From Thermoproteota archaeon (GTDB taxonomy: Archaea; Thermoproteota; EX4484-205; JAAOZP01), in contig JBNAVT010000010.1 in NCBI GenBank assembly GCA_049700215.1, forward strand, positions 1 through 57,565: a DNA stretch of 57,565 nt. Direction: 5' to 3'. Under the pieces are notes generated by a model. The model was not told the DNA's origin and did no database searches. It saw only the letters and a list, made by a program, of their open reading frames with translations. Every line of letters starts with the position of its first letter. Position 1 is the stretch's first letter. The translations under genes and the position numbers were made by a program. This document shows, in pieces, positions 51,002 to 57,565 of the stretch.

Positions 51002-51046
51002 GTAGCGCGCGCGCTTAATCTCTCAAGCCGACTTATCCTTCTTCAC

Positions 51047-51778
51047 CTATCTCATAGATCTTCTAAGGGGCTTTTTAGCGCCCTTTGGTATATATTTTTC
51101 TAGAAGGGCTTTGCGGAACTCTAAATATTCGTTCGACTTTCCTTTCCGATGAAGCACATAGGCCTCATAGGCTTGCTCCGCGAGCTTTCGTGCAGCTATA
51201 ATAGCTTCGACCCTCTTCTTTATCTCCTCGAACTTCGTTTCCTCATCCATATTTCTCCCATCAAACTCCGATACTAAACCGGAATCACAATCGATCTCGT
51301 CAATTCCTAATTCAACTTCAACTCCATACTCCTTTGAAACCCTTCTTGCTACTTCGTCGAACCATAGTAGCCTTATGAAAGCTTCCCTATAAGTTTTCTT
51401 AAGATGCTTCTCGATGTTTCTTCTATTAATATAGTCCTTACATATTTCTTCCTTTTCTTTATCAAAAGCCTTCCAAATCCTCTCCTCCTCTTCCTCACCT
51501 TTTGCTCTGGCCTTTTTGAACCTGTGCCGATAGCTACTAACCAAGCGTTCTCTTATGTAATCTCCAGCCTTATCCGTCCTCTGAGAATACACACTCACTA
51601 TTCCGTCAACGGATTCTGCAACACTAGCGACGGCAGCAGTCCCTTCGTCTCCTATCAACCACTTATCCGGTGGGCAGGATGTATTTATTTCAAAGGGTTT
51701 GAAGAGGAACCCGAAAGTCTCATTTTTCAGCCTCTCATTCAGGTAATCCCTCAACCCTTCAAGGAAAGCCTGGCTCAT
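51047..51778 (-). CDS. Hypothetical protein, putative cognate immunity protein
   Basis: Soluble, 243 aa, starts 4 nt after the toxin stop with an AGGAGG RBS. A paralog lies at 19821. Confidence 0.6.
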   Translation of the reverse strand: MSQAFLEGLRDYLNERLKNETFGFLFKPFEINTSCPPDKWLIGDEGTAAVASVAESVDGIVSVYSQRTDKAGDYIRERLVSSYRHRFKKARAKGEEEEERIWKAFDKEKEEICKDYINRRNIEKHLKKTYREAFIRLLWFDEVARRVSKEYGVEVELGIDEIDCDSGLVSEFDGRNMDEETKFEEIKKRVEAIIAARKLAEQAYEAYVLHRKGKSNEYLEFRKALLEKYIPKGAKKPLRRSMR

Positions 51779-51782
51779 TCTT

Positions 51783-54700
51783 CTAGCCTCCCTCTTTACT
51801 GAAGTACCCTATATATGGGTTCTTATAATCTCCTACCTTTGAAGGATCTATCATATCCTTTGATATCCGTCCATACATCCTTATCTGCTCCAATATTTTG
51901 TTTGGATCCCATGCCATTACAATGATGATCCCATGGTTAGCGTTATATTGGCCCATATATCCCTCAACCTGCACCTTTGCCTCGCTTATCGCGCTCTTAA
52001 AATCCTCTGGATCATTAGGGTTACTAAGGTATTTTGCCTCCACCACAGCGATGCACGCATCTTTATTGATCGTTTTCCCATTTATAATAATATCTTCAGT
52101 AACCTTTATCTTGAAATCTGGCTCATGTTTCGCCGGCTTATTTTCTCCCCACCACTCTACTCCAAGCTTCTCCTTAGGAATACCGCTTTCCTTTGAGATT
52201 TCGTCGAGAAAATCACCTATATACAACTCTTTTGCTATTGTCTCGCCGAGCTTCCCCTTCCAATGCGTATTCTGGGGATTTTCAAAGACTTTTACTACAT
52301 ACCGCTCCACTTCTGTGAGGCCTTCGAGAGGAACTATCTCCACACAGGTTATTTTGCTTGCCCCTTGAATGACGTATACTTCAGGATTCTTTGCCCCGCA
52401 ATAAACTACCCTTCCATTATCAAAATACAGAAAGAGGACAACTTTATTACTCTCAGAAATGTCACTACCAATCCTGCTTTTAAGCTCATCAAGCGCCTTG
52501 TAGCCTAGCAGCCTAAATAGTTCTTCATTTAAAGCGGCGTACTTCTGGCCTCTTACCAAGATTTCGCAGGGGTGCTTACCCAGCTGTTCACTGAGGGGTT
52601 TCAGGTTAAAGCTGTACTCAGTATTTCTCGATACGCCGTGCGAGGAATCGTAATAATGGATTGTCATCAAGTCAAGCATAGGGTCGACCATGATCCATTC
52701 AACACGATCAGGAATCGTGCCATATCTGATCTTGATTTCCCCGCTTTGGTAAAACGAGAGCACGAGGTTTTTACCGAATATGTTCCTTCCCTCGAATTCC
52801 GCATCCACATAAACCTTTTCACCATAGACGTCAGTAGACGGGTTGAACTGGTAATACTTACCTCCGATCCTCATCTTATTTATGAAAAGATTGAGCTCTA
52901 CTTCACCTGTCCCAACCGAGAACCTCGTTGGAAAGAAGAGCCTGTAATCAAGGAACTCTACCTTGGTTATTGTTACGCTTGCTTCCTTACTCTCTATCTC
53001 CTTTAATACTCGGTTTACTTGACTCTTCGGTATGTTGATCACCTCCGGCTCACCTTTCACTACTGGAAACTCTATAACTCCACTCCTCTTAACACCTTCC
53101 TCGCCATATTCCCAGTAAACTTTAACCATATACGTCCCAGGTTTTACTTCGTCGCCTCCTCCTATCCTAAAGCGGCTCCGTGTTTCCTCCTCTAGCTTGA
53201 CTTGATGTAGTCCCTCTATCTCATAATGCTTTACGCTATTTATCTTAGTTACAAGGTCATTCAGTACAGCTGGGTTCTCCAAGACTCCGCTGAGAAACGC
53301 TCCTGCAACACCTTCACCAAACCTACCTTTTATATCGAAGTAACTGTCCACGATAGCACCCATCTTCAGCCCGACGCCTTTCGCTGCATCTCCCTTCAGC
53401 GCCACCAGTATTTCAACGAGGGCTTCCATTTTGTCAGGATTCTCCGCATTAATGCCGAGCCAGTTGTTCAGAGAGTCTATTGCAGCATCTTTATCCTTAA
53501 TCCATATGGAGACTATGCTTCTCACCACAGCCCCTCCTTTCTCTTCAAGCTCCTCTGGGCATCGCTCAATTATCATACTGAGGATGTCGAGGATCTTTCC
53601 GGAACTCTCCTTACTTGGAATATTCTCGGCGATGTATTTTGAGAAGCCTGAGGCAGTTTCAAGCACCTTCAGAGAATCATCCGCCCTCTCTATCAGATTC
53701 CCAACGGCTTCCCCAAATCTCCAGCTGTACTTATTTCCGAGCAAAAGGTCAACAACCTTATGGAAGGATCCCTTGAGCTTCAGCATCAGGACATCCCATA
53801 TCGCCGGCGTTATCCAGTTGTAGATGCCCCTACCGACAATTCCAAGGATTTCCTTTACGCTAAGCGGCTTGCCGCCTATTCTCTCCGCCCTTATCCTGTT
53901 AACCACCATGTAGAAAGTCGTGACATAGGCAGCGCAGCTCGCTATCGCCCCAGCGACCCTTCCGGTAGCATACCCGATCCCATAGTCCTTGATCCCACCC
54001 TGAGAAGAAGAGGGCTCCTTTAATCTAAAGGCTATTCGTATTTCATCCCACGAGATGCCGAGGGCTAAGTCAGAGAGAACATTGCCGAGAAGGTTGTCGT
54101 TTATGTCCTTTGCCTCCAGCCTGAATATTTGGGCGAGCTCCAATAGCTCGTCGGCATGCTGCAGCATGTTAGCTTCCACGTATTCCTTGACTCTACACTC
54201 GCACGCATCGGCAAGCCCATTCAGCAAATCCATGGCAGCTAGGGCATTGTGGACATCAGTCCAAACATCCACGAGGTTCATAGCTATGCCTGTGGCAAGG
54301 GCACCAATCGAGGCCGATACGGCCCACTTCGGAGGTAGCACAAAGCCTACGATGATCATTATCCCACAAGTCACTATTATCCCCCATCCCTTGGAGGCAA
54401 AACCGTCCCAGAAGCCCCTCCAGAACTCTGAAGGCTTACTCCTCCCGAGGCTCGTTTGGAGCCTCGCTACAATCCTGTCTCCACACTTTAGGCTGAGGAA
54501 GACTAGATGATCCATGTCCTCAAGCCGAATGAGCTGCAAGGGAATCGAGCCAAATGCCTGGATGCTAATGGTATGTTCCTCCGGCAGAATCTCTACTACT
54601 GGTCCGTTTATGATTTCAAGGTTATAGCTTACATCACATGCAGCATAGTTCCTAACCAATATTCCTTGGATTAAATCACCTCCGCCATACGCTAGTGGAT

Positions 54701-56645
54701 GGTAAATAAGCTCCATCTCTTTCTCACGCGAAATTCTTACTGCCGCCTTATCCAGATCCCACTTGGTTTCTCCAATATCCTCATACTTGTAGTCATAGTC
54801 CTCCCAGTCGTTATACTTTAGCCATTCGTAGAATTCGTCGCTAACGGTTACGACCTCGCTCTGGTTTAATACTACTTCTCTAAGTAGCTTAAGTTCGTAG
54901 TTGGGTGGTATCTTATTTGGTTCGAGCCTTTCGTCTTCGCAAACACCGAATAGTTTCTTCACCTCATCCTCCCGAAGTATTCTTTCATAGAAGAAGCCCG
55001 GCCTAACATCGATCAACACGTATTTCACATTTAACGTCTCAGTTGCTTTTGCAATGTTACTGGCATTCTCAACGGTGAGAGTGAAACCATCCGGCGAAAT
55101 CGGGATCAGCCTCACTCCACCGAGGTCCTGAGGATATCTACCATCGGTCGCCATGAGGTATAGCTTGATGTGCGTCGCGCCTTGGTACCTTGGTGTGAAG
55201 ACCCTCCTAGTCTCATTATAGCCCTCAACCTCTATCACGTAGCTCCTCCATTCCTCTGAGGCTACAAAGTTCGTGGTTGAAATCGTAGTTAACGCAGTAC
55301 TCGTATACCTCTTACCATCTTCGTCAAAATAGACTACTGTAACATTGACTTTTGTGATAGGAGAAAGGAGCTTTGTCACTACGCATTTTGACCATAGTCC
55401 TACTATCGTTCCAATTTCTAATTCCTTTCCATCTACGTCCCCAGTTACGAGCAGTTTGACGTTCCTCGCCTTCTGCCCTCCTTTATTCATCAGGGTTATC
55501 GTGAGGTTTGCAAACTTCGATATTGCCTGGCTTGAAAGCTTAATCTCAAGCTTCGGAGGCTCTGGCAACACCTCTATGGTGTAAGTTACGGTTTTCTCCC
55601 CGTTCCAGAATACAACGTCTAAATTACTGGGCTCGACGACAGCAAAGTAAATCGTAATCGTATAGACGCCCGGCTTCTTGGCTTTCAGGTAGAGCGGTAC
55701 GAGAGGTGCAGGGCCTGGAGGAGGAGCCCATGCTTCGAAGGCATCATTGTCGGAGAGCCTTGCGCCAAGCAGGATCCTATAGCTACCCCTTATCTCCTGA
55801 GGGTTTCTTATCTGAGCGGTTATCGTTATAGTGTCTCCGATTCCAACTTTAGTTGATGAGATGGAGGTGTCAACTGTTACGGGGTCGTAGGCTGGAAGCA
55901 GGACCCTGAACTCGCTGACCTGCGATTCCATTACCTCATGAATTTCCTCCAAATGGCCGGGCACAGCAATAAGGAAGCTCCCGAGAGGATAGCCCTGGCT
56001 CACGTTGGAAAACAGCCCTATGTCCATCTTAGCTGTCTTGTTGAACACCTTGCCAGTTTCCAGGTCAACGAAGGTAAAAGCGTAGGAGTCAGGGTTGATG
56101 CGCCTAACTAGATACGTCCTCTTTTTAGGATACCTGTAGAGGACATGGAAAACATTGGTTCCATTGCTCTCATACTCTATTGAGCTAACGCTCTTTTCAT
56201 TCCCACTATTATCAACTACCCTATAAGGAATCTCTACGGATACGCTTCCGTCGTTATTTCTGTGAACATGGATCTTCTCGTATTCGAGAATTATAACGTA
56301 ATCCTTAAGCTCGTAGTCTATCCGCGCCGGTAGTTTTAAAGTATTGTTGGCCTCCTTTATGGTCCGGCGTATCTCCTCCTCCGAACAGCCCATGGAGATG
56401 AGCTGGGCGGTGAAGAACCAGAGTCTTTGAGCAAGCTCAACCGGAAATCCTTCAGGAACTATGAAACACGTCTCGGTTATTGAGCTGCTCGGTATCTTCC
56501 CCCTCTCAAGCTCCTCCTCTATGAGCCTCAGGGCAGTCAGCGCATCTGTTTCTTCCGCAGCGTATACTCTAAGGGTTAGAACAGTATCGAGATGGGAAGT
56601 CAGCATGAGAGTTATCAGGGCTATGGTCAATATCTTTCTAGGCAT
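51783..56645 (-). CDS. Giant secreted/membrane protein with Ig-like stalk, central TM hairpin and C-terminal PD-(D/E)xK nuclease-like domain (putative polymorphic toxin)
   Basis: Signal peptide MPRKILTIALITLML, beta-rich CARDB-like segments, hydrophobic/Gly-rich region GWGIIVTCGIMIIVGF...YATGRVAG, and C-terminal KGKLGE..EPDFKI..VVEAK..AKVQV. Confidence 0.7.
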   Translation of the reverse strand: MPRKILTIALITLMLTSHLDTVLTLRVYAAEETDALTALRLIEEELERGKIPSSSITETCFIVPEGFPVELAQRLWFFTAQLISMGCSEEEIRRTIKEANNTLKLPARIDYELKDYVIILEYEKIHVHRNNDGSVSVEIPYRVVDNSGNEKSVSSIEYESNGTNVFHVLYRYPKKRTYLVRRINPDSYAFTFVDLETGKVFNKTAKMDIGLFSNVSQGYPLGSFLIAVPGHLEEIHEVMESQVSEFRVLLPAYDPVTVDTSISSTKVGIGDTITITAQIRNPQEIRGSYRILLGARLSDNDAFEAWAPPPGPAPLVPLYLKAKKPGVYTITIYFAVVEPSNLDVVFWNGEKTVTYTIEVLPEPPKLEIKLSSQAISKFANLTITLMNKGGQKARNVKLLVTGDVDGKELEIGTIVGLWSKCVVTKLLSPITKVNVTVVYFDEDGKRYTSTALTTISTTNFVASEEWRSYVIEVEGYNETRRVFTPRYQGATHIKLYLMATDGRYPQDLGGVRLIPISPDGFTLTVENASNIAKATETLNVKYVLIDVRPGFFYERILREDEVKKLFGVCEDERLEPNKIPPNYELKLLREVVLNQSEVVTVSDEFYEWLKYNDWEDYDYKYEDIGETKWDLDKAAVRISREKEMELIYHPLAYGGGDLIQGILVRNYAACDVSYNLEIINGPVVEILPEEHTISIQAFGSIPLQLIRLEDMDHLVFLSLKCGDRIVARLQTSLGRSKPSEFWRGFWDGFASKGWGIIVTCGIMIIVGFVLPPKWAVSASIGALATGIAMNLVDVWTDVHNALAAMDLLNGLADACECRVKEYVEANMLQHADELLELAQIFRLEAKDINDNLLGNVLSDLALGISWDEIRIAFRLKEPSSSQGGIKDYGIGYATGRVAGAIASCAAYVTTFYMVVNRIRAERIGGKPLSVKEILGIVGRGIYNWITPAIWDVLMLKLKGSFHKVVDLLLGNKYSWRFGEAVGNLIERADDSLKVLETASGFSKYIAENIPSKESSGKILDILSMIIERCPEELEEKGGAVVRSIVSIWIKDKDAAIDSLNNWLGINAENPDKMEALVEILVALKGDAAKGVGLKMGAIVDSYFDIKGRFGEGVAGAFLSGVLENPAVLNDLVTKINSVKHYEIEGLHQVKLEEETRSRFRIGGGDEVKPGTYMVKVYWEYGEEGVKRSGVIEFPVVKGEPEVINIPKSQVNRVLKEIESKEASVTITKVEFLDYRLFFPTRFSVGTGEVELNLFINKMRIGGKYYQFNPSTDVYGEKVYVDAEFEGRNIFGKNLVLSFYQSGEIKIRYGTIPDRVEWIMVDPMLDLMTIHYYDSSHGVSRNTEYSFNLKPLSEQLGKHPCEILVRGQKYAALNEELFRLLGYKALDELKSRIGSDISESNKVVLFLYFDNGRVVYCGAKNPEVYVIQGASKITCVEIVPLEGLTEVERYVVKVFENPQNTHWKGKLGETIAKELYIGDFLDEISKESGIPKEKLGVEWWGENKPAKHEPDFKIKVTEDIIINGKTINKDACIAVVEAKYLSNPNDPEDFKSAISEAKVQVEGYMGQYNANHGIIIVMAWDPNKILEQIRMYGRISKDMIDPSKVGDYKNPYIGYFSKEGG

Positions 56646-57565
56646 TTTTCATCACCCCCATAAACTTCCCAAACAGCCCTCCGCCTTAAGATGAGGAAGA
56701 GCAGGAAGGCCGTTAAGATTGCTAACAGGATCGTTAAGAACCCTAGGATGCTCAGTTCTTTGATAAGCCTCTCATTCTCCACGGTTTCCTCCGACAGCAT
56801 CTCCTGGTATTCCTTAAGCAGGGTGCTCAGAAAAGCCGTGGCATCCCCCTCTTTTTCAAGCCTACTCCTTAATACTTCTATTTCCACCTTGCAGCTGTTT
56901 ACCATGGCCTCCAGATGCTCGTTTTCTTCCTTCAACCGAAGGTATTTCGAGAGAAGGGTTTCGTTAAGCTTGATGGTTAGCGTTGCGGTCGAGTTCAAGG
57001 CTTTAGCGCTCAGCAGGAGCTTAGCAGGCTCTTCGAGGCCCAAGAGCCTTAACCATTCGATACTAGTTCTGCACAGCCCTTTTTCGCATATGACTTCGCA
57101 GTCCTCAGTTGAGGACCCCACTAGGATGGTTGCCCCTGCCTCAGTGTCATTACTTGAAGCAACTATCTTGAAGATAAGCTCAAGGGCATCCTCGTTTACC
57201 GAGATGGAGTCGGGAACTATCTCGATGTAGTCGGTAGCCTCTTCCCCCTCAACCCTTATCATTGCATGCCCTCCTCTCCAATCCTCTGTCTCCTGCCTGT
57301 AGCAGTCGACTAGGAAGCAGTTATCCGGAGCAGTATCATTATCCATCGCGATCCAGAGCTGCGTCCCGCTGAAATCAAGCATTGGGTAGACGCAGACGTA
57401 GAAACCACCATTTACGATCACGTTTGACAAAGGTACTCTAGCCCAGTGGAGGGTAGCATTCTTGAAATATTCAGAAATTGGTAAAGAGGTTCTAAGAATT
57501 ATGTTGAGGTCTTTATCCCTCAACTCGACTAAGAAGGATTTTTCGCCCTTGTCTATTGCGAAGCC
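56627..57565 (-). CDS. Membrane-anchored coiled-coil protein upstream of the toxin (5' end beyond the window)
   Basis: The frame stays open to the window edge. C-terminal coiled coil, TM helix and RRR. Overlaps the toxin start. Confidence 0.7.
   Translation of the reverse strand, partial: GFAIDKGEKSFLVELRDKDLNIILRTSLPISEYFKNATLHWARVPLSNVIVNGGFYVCVYPMLDFSGTQLWIAMDNDTAPDNCFLVDCYRQETEDWRGGHAMIRVEGEEATDYIEIVPDSISVNEDALELIFKIVASSNDTEAGATILVGSSTEDCEVICEKGLCRTSIEWLRLLGLEEPAKLLLSAKALNSTATLTIKLNETLLSKYLRLKEENEHLEAMVNSCKVEIEVLRSRLEKEGDATAFLSTLLKEYQEMLSEETVENERLIKELSILGFLTILLAILTAFLLFLILRRRAVWEVYGGDEKCLERY

Noticed and set aside
10632-51018. Classical integron interpretation of the motif-bounded segments
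   Set aside because: There is no integrase and no long attC hairpins, orientations are mixed, and many segments are gene fragments.

Overview
Archaeal DNA, probably from the TACK group (gatDE, Elp3, eS30, an eL22-like protein, Nre, PAC2; a Brock/Bathy-like lineage is only my inference). Housekeeping blocks (elp3; gatE-gatD; pfkA-hypFCDE; CDF-PAC2-hsp20-nre-cysS-valS; metG-tRNA-Arg) alternate with accessory patches. These hold four toxin-antitoxin pairs, a radical-SAM module, a redox/metal block, two P-type ATPases and two paralogous giant secreted proteins with different C-terminal PD-(D/E)xK-like domains (polymorphic-toxin architecture; one intact with a downstream immunity-like gene, one broken). 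The main unexplained signal is a self-complementary (T)A(GC)nT(A) motif (n=3-7, plus transition-decayed variants) at about 18 sites. It sits exactly at breakpoints where recognisable genes are cut or joined to unrelated DNA (SNF2 helicase, HppA, M50 protease, nitroreductase, acylphosphatase-type protein, toxin, immunity gene). This points to a possibly undescribed end-joining/DNA-capture or recombination system. The first ~735 bp (cysS end plus aspartokinase start) look foreign and join the toxin paralog through a 21-nt microhomology, so they may be misassembled. All family calls are by motif recognition, not database search.
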